Assembly (NCBI RefSeq): GCF_006345805.1
Contig: NC_043009.1
Span: forward strand, 61,690,001-61,754,000
DNA: 64,000 nt
Direction of reading: 5' to 3'
From: Octopus sinensis
Lineage: Eukaryota
The position numbers and the translations under genes are program-made. Positions 1 to 11,776 of this stretch are shown here, piece by piece (the first letter of the stretch is position 1; the number at the start of each line of letters is the position of its first letter). The notes under the pieces were generated by a model. That model was not told where the DNA came from, searched no databases, and saw only the letters and a list, made by a program, of their open reading frames with translations.

Positions 1-299
1 GGACAAGGCCAGCAATTCAGAGGGGAGAGGGAGTCAGTCCATTATATTAAACTGATACTTTATTTTATCAACCCTGGAAAAGGATGAAAGCAAAGTTGGC
101 CTTGACCAGATTTGGACTCAGTATAATGATGATGATGTGAAGGAAGAGGAGGAGGCTTGAATTGTAATTCAACAGAAATTAAAAATGTTGCTACTTCTCA
201 TGTTCAGAAAAATGAAATATATATATGTGTGTGTGTGCGAGTATATATATATATAGAGAGAGAAAGAGAGATTGGTAGCCACTACACACATTTTTTTTT

Positions 300-442
300 C
301 TCTCCTTATTTCTCTCCTTGTTTCTTTCTGTAGAAGAGCATAGGCTCGAAACGTAAAAGACTTTTTCAATTCCTGAGCATTATACATCTGTTTGTTTTCT
401 ACACCACTTGTCTTCGTCTTTTGTTTTTTTCGTGAATTCTCC

Positions 443-445
<3 letters not shown>
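300..445 (+). mobile_element. Probable Penelope-like element terminal (pLTR) fragment with a minimal hammerhead-like motif at 323-360
   Basis: tcttt-CTGTAGAA-gagc atag gctc-GAA-ACGT-A-aaaga topology; lies between microsatellite tracts. Confidence 0.45.
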
Positions 446-481
<36 letters not shown>

Positions 482-521
482 CATAAAATTAAAATAAAAG
501 AAAGAACGAATCTGAACTTAC

Positions 522-584
522 TTTTAGAATGAGTTTTTCAAAGAAGACATATGCTTGGGCCACAATCCACATGTCAGCATTACA
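522..584 (-). CDS. Cables: Cables exon, 63 nt, phase 0/0: [21 protein letters not shown] (cyclin-box-like region)
   Basis: Acceptor ttgttgttattccttag, donor gtaagt; peptide resembles vertebrate VAMAFVYFEKLALK. Confidence 0.93.
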
Positions 585-3500
585 CTAAGGAATAACAACA
601 AATGGAAAAAAAAATTCAGTGAAGAAATAAACATGTTTTATCAGATTTTCAATTCAATGTTTCTACCTGGTGGAGACAAGACAACTATAATGGTAATCTA
701 GTGAAATCTCCGGGCAGCGCTTGGATAATGTCTAAATCTTTAGTTAAAACAGCAGCAAGGAGATTAAATATTCAGCTGAAACAGCTAATCATCTACATTT
801 CCAGCTAAAACTGCATTAATATAACTAGAAACAGTTGTAATTTGGTCAAATCAGTGGTTCTCAACCATTTTTGATTCCTATTTTACTTGGGGGAGTGGGG
901 CAGATGACCCTCAGAGCCATTTGATGTCTGAAGACTCCTATCATATTTTTATAATTAAATATTACTAGGAACTGTATAAAGAATTGTTAAGATATTCTGT
1001 GTATTGTAGAAGTATAACAAGTTTATTTCACAACAAAATCTTATGTGGACCTCCCCCTGCCCAGGGCCATATGAACCTCCAAGGGCCAAATGGACTCCAG
1101 TTGAAAACCACTGGATTAAACCCTCAGTTAAAACCGTTGTAATTTGGTTAAATCTTCAATGTTAATTTGACTAAATGTTCAACTAAGTCTTTAGTTAAAA
1201 CTAGTATGTTGTCCAAATCTTCAGCTAGAACAGAAATAATATACTAAAACCTTCAGTTAAAATAATAGTAATCTATCTAAGCATTCAATTAAAATAAGGG
1301 CAATTGTTTACATTTTCTGTTAAAATGGGAAACTTGTCAAAATCTGAAGCTTAAATTGTGGTATTATGTCCAAACGTTCAGTTAAAACAGTGATGATTTG
1401 TTGATGCATTCAGTGAACCATCTTACAAACAATAACTCTGAGCACCTTTTCAAACTCCACCTGTCTAACACCCATGGACATGTTTACAAAGTCAGAAAAC
1501 AGCACAGCTCCCATGACTTTCGGAAACATTTTTTCATGCTAAGAGTTGCTGAAGTATGGAACAAACTGCCAGCATCAGTTGTTAGTAGTCAGAGCACTGC
1601 ATCTTTCAAAACTTCCATGCTTCCTGAGATTCGCCAATGCTACACCTGATTTTCTCCCCTCCATACACACGCAAGCATGTATCTGACTCATACACTGTTC
1701 ACTTTCCAGACATTTGTACATTACTGCATATGCTTTATACGCACTTTTGACAAGTTGTGGTGCACCTGAGCACTGTATACAATAATTTCATTATTATTAT
1801 TATTACTATTAAAATATTACTTACTTTGGTGTGTGCTATTATTTTCATCTGTTTCTTCAAACTGTAAAATAAACAAATTCAACAATAGTAAGAAAATCTG
1901 TGGAGTGGTGAACGACAGAAAGTTATCAAAGAAGTCCCCTGCCTCCATGCAAGTGTTTTGGTCCTTAACTTCTTACAGTTTAAGGGGGCCTAGCCAGTGG
2001 TGTAGCTATAGAGTGTGTGCTGCCAGGGGAGCTCTTGAGTTTCCCCAAGTGACACCTGCCTGTGGGCTTACAAACCTATACAAGCTTATACAGCAGACAT
2101 CGACTTGCCCCTACTAGCTATGCTACTGCTCCCGGATACCTCTCTACTGTCACATTCTGTGCTGCTGTCTGCATTGCAAACCTCCTGGGTGGCTAAGGTA
2201 CCCTAGGTACCGTATCCATTTCAATCAGAGACATCAGTTGAATGTATACTTAACTTTATCTTATCGACCCTGGAGGAATGAAAGGCAAAGTTCGACCTTG
2301 GTGAGATTTGATTTCAGAAGGTAAAAAGCAGGAAGAAATACTGAAAAGCATTTTGTTCCATGCTCCACTGATTCTTCCAAGCCACCATCCTAACCACTTG
2401 AATCTGGTCAATGAAGAATTAAGGTGACACCTTTCTTTTTGGTCAAGCTCTCATTGACTTTTATAAGTTCCACTTGGAAAGCAAAGTGAGAGTGGAGAGG
2501 GAAGTGCTTCCTCCCAGCGACTTTGTCAAAAGATGTGTGACTGGCAAAAATGGTTAGAGTGAATGGCCCTTTTTTACTGTAGGCACAAGGCCAGAATTTT
2601 GGGGGGAGGGGACTAGTTGATTACATTGACCCCAGTGCATAACTGGTACTTAATTTATTGACCCCGAAAGGATGAAAGGCAAAGTTGACCCCAGTGGCAT
2701 TTGAACTCAGAATGTGGAAATAGATGAAATACCACTTAGCATTTCGCTCAGCATGCTAACAATTCTACCAGCTTGCCACCAAATAATAATAATAATAATA
2801 TAATAATAATAATAATAAATTAAAAGAAATCATTAAAGGAAGGGGGAGACAAAAAGAGTGAACTTTACATAATAGGACATGACACACAGACAGATGATAA
2901 AGGAGATAAGGGTTAAGGTAAAGGTGAGAGAGATAGTGAGAGGGGATGAAAAAGTGAAATAGAGCCAGTGGTGGTGGGGGATGGAATAACGAAAGAGACA
3001 GGAAATACGACAGGGGCAGGGATTGATGAGAGAGAGAGAGAGAGACAGGGCTGTGGACACAAAGAGAGTGAAGTGAAATAGAGATAAAAGACACGAAACA
3101 TCATCTCACCTTCGTAGCTTGCTGAGGGTCAACTGAATTAAAGGAAAACGATTGCGGAACTTCTCATTTAGTTCTTTCTTCAAGCTTGATGGCTTCACAT
3201 AATCAATGATTGAGGTCTGTGCAAAAGGACAAGGGGGAGGCGAATATAGAACACTGATGATGATGATGATGGCTTAGTGGATGACAGACATGATGATGAT
3301 GATGATGATGGCATTGGTGATACATTTGATGTTAGGATATCATCATTATTACCCTTAACAATCATTATAATGATGTTGCTATCAACCATTATAGTCAATC
3401 AATCAATCAATCAATCCCCATCAACCAGCTCTCAATCACAATAATCACTAGCCAGCCATTAACCAGTCACTGTTGACCACTAACCAACAACAATCTCCAC

Positions 3501-6500
3501 CAACCAATCACTATCAACCACTGAATAGCCATCATCAGTCGTCAGTCGTTTTTAAAATCCACTATTACCAGTCAACCCAAATCATCCATCTACCAATCAG
3601 TCACCAACCCCAGCTAACTAATCACCAATCAACCATCAACCAAGCAAGCAACCAACCAATCATCAGTCACCAACCACTAAACATTCAACCAACACTTACC
3701 AACCATTAACTCTCAATCATCAGTCATCAACCATTAACATTCAACTATCCGTCGCCAACCAACAATCTCCAATCATCAGTCACCAGTCATAAACTTTCAA
3801 TGATCATTACATACCAAAACAAAACAAACATTAAACTTAAAAACCACATGAAATTAAAAAAAAACTACTGCATTCTGTATTGTGATGTGTCAAGTTCTTA
3901 TTTGTAGTCCCAGCTCAGTCCTGATTGAGTAATCCTATGGGGCAAAGATAGTTAATATACTAGTGGGGCCCAAATAAAGTTTCTTGCTGTTCAAGAACAC
4001 GTCAGAATGTTAAAGTGCAGCAACTGGAGAGAGATTTAACCTGATGAGATGGCTGGTGAGGCTGGTAGTAGTATAAATCCTTAAAATCCTTTAAAATGTT
4101 TTAGCCTGAAGGCTGCGGCCATGCTGGGGCACCACCGCTGAATGTGTATGTTTATTATAAAGGGTGTTCAAAAAGTCTCTCCACAGTCAATTTTTTTCAT
4201 CCTGACTCTCCAAGATATATTTCAAAATGTGCCGGTGGCATGTGAAAAAACATTCAAGCGAGGTCGTTGCCAGTGCCACTGAACTGGCTCCTGTGCAGGT
4301 GGCACGTAAAAAACACCATTTGAGCATGGCCATTGCCAGTACCGCCTGACTGGCCCTCGTGCCGGTGGCATGTAAAAGCACCCACTACACTCTTGGAGTG
4401 GTTGGCGTTAGGAAGGGCATCCAGCTGTAGAAACTCTGCCAGATCAGATGGAGCCTAGTGCAGCCATCTGGTTTGCCAGTCCTCAGTCAAATCATCCAAC
4501 CCATGCTAGCATGGAAAGCGGACGTTAAATGATGATGATGTGTAGTAGAGTCAACTTATGTATTGAAAATGAAGGACAACACTTTCAACACCTCTTATAA
4601 AGTTTTTTAAAGTCTTGTAAAGTCTAATATATTCTTTTGTAGTTTTATACCATCTTATGAATATTTATTTTGCAATAAAATACTGACTGCAGAAAGACTT
4701 TTTGAACACCCTGTATTAATGTGATATATCATTGTAAGTGTAGTATTGTTCCCTCCTTGACATGTAGTAAGAATGTCACCTGAGTTATTGTTAGAGATGG
4801 ATGTTGTGTGTAATAATGGGCTTTTTTTTTTACTTCCATAAAGGTGTTTTTAATGCCGTTACTGTTGTTTGGTAAAATTTTTTAGATTCCTTTTTTTTCA
4901 TTTTATGCTTACAAAGTTTATTTCTGTGTATGAAATGATTATTCTTAAAGTATGTGCTAAATGAAATATTTCTGTGTTGCAAAATTATTGTTCCTTCATT
5001 AATCCAGCCATGACAATCCTACCTTCTTTTCTTGTATATTACTTTCAGGATTTGTTTATTCAATATCTATAAACTATTTTTAAAAGATAACTGAATAGAA
5101 TTTGAGGAAGAATATTTGGCAGATAAAGCAATGATGTGAAGTCTCCCTTATCAGTTCATGTTGTGATGTGTTGAGTAATATTGCTAAATGCTGTTATGTT
5201 GTGATATGGTGACTGCATTGTTATATGGTGTTTTTATGTTGTGAAGTTGGATTGTTGTGTTGTGAAGTGGGGATATTGTGTTGCAATATGGCTTGTGTTA
5301 TGATATGGTGGAATGTTTTTACACTAAGACAAGGGTAGTTTTGTGTAGTGATGATGTACTCTGCATTGTGATATTGTGGTACCACATGATATGGTGTTGT
5401 AGTGTGAAGTTTGATGTGACAATCCCTGTTATTGTTATGTTGTAATTCTGAAATGGTGTGCTGCTGTGATATTTGCTGAATTGTGTTGTGTTGCTATACA
5501 GTGTGACTGCGATGCATGCTGTGTGATGGTGTGTTGTTTATTGATTGTTCCATAGTGACAATGTGACATGTTAGTCGTGCAGTGTCACTTCTATGCTGTA
5601 GCAAGTCATATGACAGAAAAAAAAAATGTGTCCCAGCCTGAAGAAATACTTACTCTGTATGATGGGAAAGTCAGTAGAGTGCGATAACTGCCAGCCTGGA
5701 GTTCAGGGTCATCTAAAAGGTATGGTTCGTATTTCAGTTCATCTTCCTCCACAACTGATGAAGATATTAAACAAAACAGTCAGTTTAATTACACATCACA
5801 CGTATCACATCGACATATCACACATACACACACACACCACATTACATTTGTACTGACATACACTCACTAATATTACAGCATGGTGAGATGGCATTTGTGT
5901 TATAACAGTTAGATCACATCAGCATTGATAAACCAGCAAATGCTATTACAAGACTATCAATCTCTCTCTCTGTCGCTCACTCACACACTCTCTGTCTCTC
6001 TCTCTCTTTATACATATATCATTGATATTAGTGTTATCACATTAGTGTGCCACATTAGTTTTTGTTACATGAAGTTAGTAACATTAGTTGTACCGAACTC
6101 AGTTTTACAAATAGTGTTACCACATCAAGCCATCTGTGTCACATGTTACACCAGTGGCTCCACACTGCATTATAACACTATTGTCACACATTATGTTACA
6201 TATTATACTATAGGTGGAGGTGCAATGGCCCAGTGGTTAGGGCAGCGGACTCGCGGTCGTAGGATTGCGGTTTCGATTCCCAGACCGGGCGTTGTGTGTG
6301 TTTATTGAGCAAAAACACCTAAAAGCTCCACGAGGCTCCAGCAGGGGGTGGTGATCCCTGCTGTACTCTTTCACCACTCTTTCTCTCACTCTTCTGTTGG
6401 CCAGCGGGGTGGCGTCATTCGAAGGCTAAAACAATGCGAACGCATTGTGACCAGCGATGTGTAGCAACATCTGATGGTCTGGTCGGTCACGTGGTCACGT

Positions 6501-8742
6501 GATTATACTATAGTAGTGATATTAATCATGGAAAAAACATGGCTCTTTCATTGTAGTCTGTTACCTACAAGAGAACAAAAATTCTTATTTTACCACAGAA
6601 AATTATGTTAGATATAGAATGGACTATGATGAGTATAGAACAATCCATAGTACGGTCAATATAGACTGGATTATAGTATGGTGAAATTAAATGGAGTACA
6701 GTATGGCAGGCTTAGAATGGATTACAGCATGCCAGGTATAGAAGGGATTATAGCATATTAGGTATAGAAATAATTATAGTATGGCAGGTACAGCATGGAT
6801 TATAATACAGCAGATAAAGTATGGTGGATATAGAATGGATTAAAGAACAGTGAATATACAAAGGATTATAGCAGAATGAGTATAGAATAAATAATAATAC
6901 AATGGGTGTAGAATGAACTATAGTCTGGTAGGACTAGAAGGGACAACAGCAATAATGGGTATAGCTTGGACTAAGATGTGATGGTTTTTCTCTCTCTTTA
7001 CAGTGTACAACTATAGCTGAGTATACTACGTTATTGATAGAAGGAGAATGGTTCCCATAGGAAAGGAGTATTTATGAGAAGTTGACGGAATATCTATAAA
7101 ATACTCAAAATGCTACAGACAAGATGTGAAGATGTATAATTTGTCCCATTTCCCTCTCTTTATTATAGCTAGACTCGTTTACATTATTAAAACCTTCCAT
7201 TTGGTTTATGCTCTTCCCTGGGCATGGACACGTCAAAGCTCTGATGTCTGGCACCCACGAGATTATCCATCATCTTTCCAACAACACCCATGGGCAACTT
7301 TCTGAATTTCATGTCAAACCCTCACGGACATGCTTACAAATACAACACCCATGACTTTCGGAAACGTTTTTTCATGCTCAAAATTGCTGAAGCATGGAAT
7401 AAGCAACTCACATAAGTTGTTAGCTATCAGGACACTGCGCCCCTCAAAACTTCCATGTTTCTTGTAATTCACCAGCGGTACACCTTATGTACCCCCACTC
7501 GCTTTTTTTAAACGACTCATTCATTGTTCACTTTCTGTGCATTATTCTATATACTGTTCATGTGCTTTTTGCTACTTTTTCTTATGAGTTTTAGTGCACC
7601 TGAGCATTGTATACAGTAAGTTCATTATAATTAATTTTTTACTTCACATTTAACCCTTTCATTACCGTATTTATTCTGAGGTGTTCTGTGTTTCTTTCAA
7701 TTACTTTAAATATAACAAAGAATTTAGTAAAATAACTTAGTTACCATTAAGCTAGTGTTAGGAACATAAATTGTGACTAAGGTTTGGTGGAAGATTTTAA
7801 TTCAAAACTTATGGAAACAAGACATTTGTACTCAGAGCCAGAGCCGGTTTCAGCTGGGTTGGCAACAAAAGGGTTAATACTGTGAAATAATACATGCTAT
7901 ATACCCCCATGTACAGCTGAATATTTCAGAGTGACATCTCAAGAAATATGCACTCCTTACTCAAGAATTCCAGGTGGTTCAATTTATTTATCATTTTATC
8001 ACACATATTAGCTTTCGCATCTCCTACTTCCCTTTATGATAGCTACATCTCCCACTATCACATTTCCATACCACCATTTCTCTTTAGCTGCCATTCCCTA
8101 CCACAATGATCGGAAAAAACTGTAGCCACCATCCACTATTATTCACAACCATCACATGTCTATATCATCCACTACAACCACCTACTTCTACACTATTTCG
8201 TCTATCTTTATTATGAGTCTTTGAAGGGGGCCCTCTACATGGCCATTCAAGCTGCTTGAGACTGCAACCCAATCTCTCCTAAATTATACTCCACGATATC
8301 AACCTTTAGCATGCTATAAATGCATCATATTACTGTATGAGTTTTCTCCCCTCTCAATGCAACACAATGCATCTACAGCCAAAGGGAAGAAAACTTGTAC
8401 AGGGACATGATGTGCCTAAGTGTGCTAAAGGTTAAGAGACAAAAAAAGAGACATTGAATAATGCAATCTTAGATATCTGAAAATAAGATGGGATGGTCAT
8501 GACTGTCATGTCTTTCATCATAGGTTTACTCACTCAGGCATGACCTAAGGTTAAACAACCTCTACACAGCAAGCATCTGCCATCATGACTTACCTCCGTT
8601 GTAGTCATCATGCATCACTGTCACAATCTACCTCTCCTGTAGCTACCATTCATTACCATCAAATGGCCATATTGCCATCATCTATTACTACACTAACAAC
8701 CATCTACTACCATCACAAATACCACAAGACAATCTACAATCC

Positions 8743-8787
<45 letters not shown>

Positions 8788-10118
8788 TAATCTTTTCTAC
8801 TAAAGCCACAAGGCCTGAAATTTTGGGAAAAGGGACTAGTCAACTAGATCAACCTCAGTGTTTCACTGGTACTTAATTTATCAGCCCTGAAAGGATGAAA
8901 GGCAAAGTCGACCTTGATGGAATCTAAACTCAGAACATGAAGACAGGATGAAATACCAGTAAGCATTTCACCCAGCATGCTAACAATTCTGTCAGCTCAC
9001 AACCACCTTCAATAATAATAATAATAATAATAATAATAATTATAATAATAATAATAGGTATCCACTAGCTTTCAAAAGTCTTTTAAGTGCTTAGAAAACC
9101 TCCCGATACTCGTAGGGACAGGAAAGATTATCAGGAGGGTACTAAGCACTTAGAATACAATTGAAAGCTAGTGGATACCTAATGTTACAGGTAGTAACCG
9201 GCTACCCATGTAAATCCTACCAGGGATAAGGCCAAACCTGAGTCAAATCAATAATTATAAATAATAATAGTAATTCTTTGCAATTTTGTCACAAGGCCAG
9301 TAATCTTGAGGGAAGTTGATTACATTGACTGCAGTACTTGGTTGGTACTTTATTGACCCTGAAAGGATGCAAGGAAAAGTTGAGTTCAGTGGGATTTGAA
9401 CCCCAAAATGTGAAGAACCCAAAAAAATTTTCTCCCAGTGCTGCCACCTTTTTAAGTAGAGGCTTCTGATTTAGGGGACAAGGTTGGCATTTTTCTTTTT
9501 TTGTTAGGGAGAGACAGTATTAGTCAGTTACATTGATCCCAGCACTTAATTGGTACATTATATCATCAACCCCAGAGGGATGAAAGGCAAAGTTGACCAT
9601 GGCAGGATTTGAACTCAGAGTGTAATGAGTTAGAAGAAATAAATACCACTAGGCATTTTCGCTGATGCTCTAACACCGTACTGGTTCACTGCCTCAGTAA
9701 TAATAATGATTTCAAATTTTGGCAGAAGGCCAGCAATTTCAGGGGAAAAGGAATAGTTGATTATATTGACCCCAGTCTTCAACTGGTACTTATTTTATCA
9801 ATCTTGGAAAGACGAATGACAAAGCCGACCTTGGCAGAATTTGAACTAAGTTCAATCAAGATGGATGAAATACCACTAAGCATTTTACCTGACATGCTAA
9901 TGATTCTGCCAGCTCACCAGCTTTTCCTTTACACTAAAGGCACAAGGCCTCAAAGTCGAGGGAAGGGGGCTAGCCACTTATATCCAACCCCAGTGCTCAA
10001 ATGGTACTAATTTCATTGACTCTAAAAGGATGAAAGGTAAAGTTGACAGAGATCATAAGGATCGATAAAATACTGCTAAGCATTTTGTCTGATGTGCTAA
10101 TGACTCTGTCAGCTTGCC

Positions 10119-10152
<34 letters not shown>

Positions 10153-11741
10153 TAATAATAATACTAATTTCTAACAAGTTTGGAAAGACAAGGACTGAAT
10201 GAATTATATCAATGACAGTACATGACTGGTAGTTGTTTTACCAACCCTGGAAGGACAAAACACATAGTCAACCTCAGTACATAAAGATACATAGAGTGGT
10301 GTCACTTAATTTAAAGGCAAGAGCAGTATAAGTTGATTACATGATAATTATTTCCATTTATTTAACCTCTTAAGATCTCAACTGTATATATACGAGCAGA
10401 AGGATGACTTTTTATTCTTCAAAAATGATAACGGTTTAAACATCTATAATTTTAATTTAACTTAATGTAATTACTGACAGTATCAACAAGGTCACAAAAA
10501 TGTCAGTTTGCAAACATGTATGCTCTGTGTTGCAAAATTATTGTTCTTCTATCAATCTAGCCATGACTATCCTGTCTTCTTTTCAAGTATATTACTTTCA
10601 GGATTGGCTTATTCTATATCTTTAACCGTTTTTGAAGACAATTTAATAGAATTGTATAAGTATGCAAGTTTTTTTTCCAACAAAACAGAAATGTGTGTAT
10701 TAATGATTCAGAAGAATGAAACCATAAGACACGGATAATTGGTTGGATTCCTGAAATTTAGGAAAACAGGATCACAGCCATGAGGTAACGAATTAATCAA
10801 TTTGTTGATTACATTATCTGGAATTTTTTCATATTTTAGATTGTATAAAAAGCACCCACTACACTCGCGGAGTGGTTGGCGTTAGGAAGGGCATCCAGCT
10901 GTAGAAACACTGCCAGATCAGACTGGAGCCTGGTGCAGCCCCTGGCTTCCCAGACCCCAGTCGAACCGTCCAACCCATGCTAGCACGGAAAACGGACGTT
11001 AAACGATGATGATGATGATGATGATAATCATACGGTTCATTGCATTTCTTGGATTTCCTCGGTTCAATACTCATGTTGATCCCTTTGAAGACTGTGCTGG
11101 CCACTGCAGCATCCAGATTTTCTAGTTTTTTTATTAGCTCACTGGGTTATAGTCATGCTGAAAAATCCACAACCAGCTCAAATGACTCTTGGCGTATGGA
11201 ACTTATGGGAGTATAATCATTTCCAAGATTTCTAGATAGGCAGAACTGTTGATGATGTTTGGGACCAGCCCTTTTTCTAGAGATGCAGCTCTAAATCATG
11301 ACATTGTCATCACTAGTCTTAACTGTCAGCAGCCTCATGCACTCCAGATGACATTCGGCTGTATGACATCGGACATATACTTGGCCATCAGAGCGGAACA
11401 AATGAAATTTTGGTGCATCCAACCACAAAATTTATTACAAGTCCGATGGTGTCCAGTTTTTACATTGCTGAGCAAACTAAGTACAGGTATGATGATTTTT
11501 CAGAGGAATGTACAAATTTTCATTTTTCTACAACACATCGTGGAAGATACTGATCTCATGCAAATGGCACCTGTGCTGGTGGCACATAAAAGTACCCATT
11601 ACACTCTCAGAATGGTTGGTGTAAGGAAGGGCACCCAGCCATAAAAACCATGCCACATCAGGCTAGAGTCTGGTGTAGCCTTCCAGCTTGCCAGGCCTGG
11701 TCAAACTGTTCAACTCATGCTAGCATGGACAACAGATAATA

Positions 11742-11776
<35 letters not shown>

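Noticed and set aside
6214-6290. tRNA gene
   Set aside because: The A/B boxes belong to a SINE head that continues into a body, a tail and a TSD; the same holds for the other tRNA-like heads.
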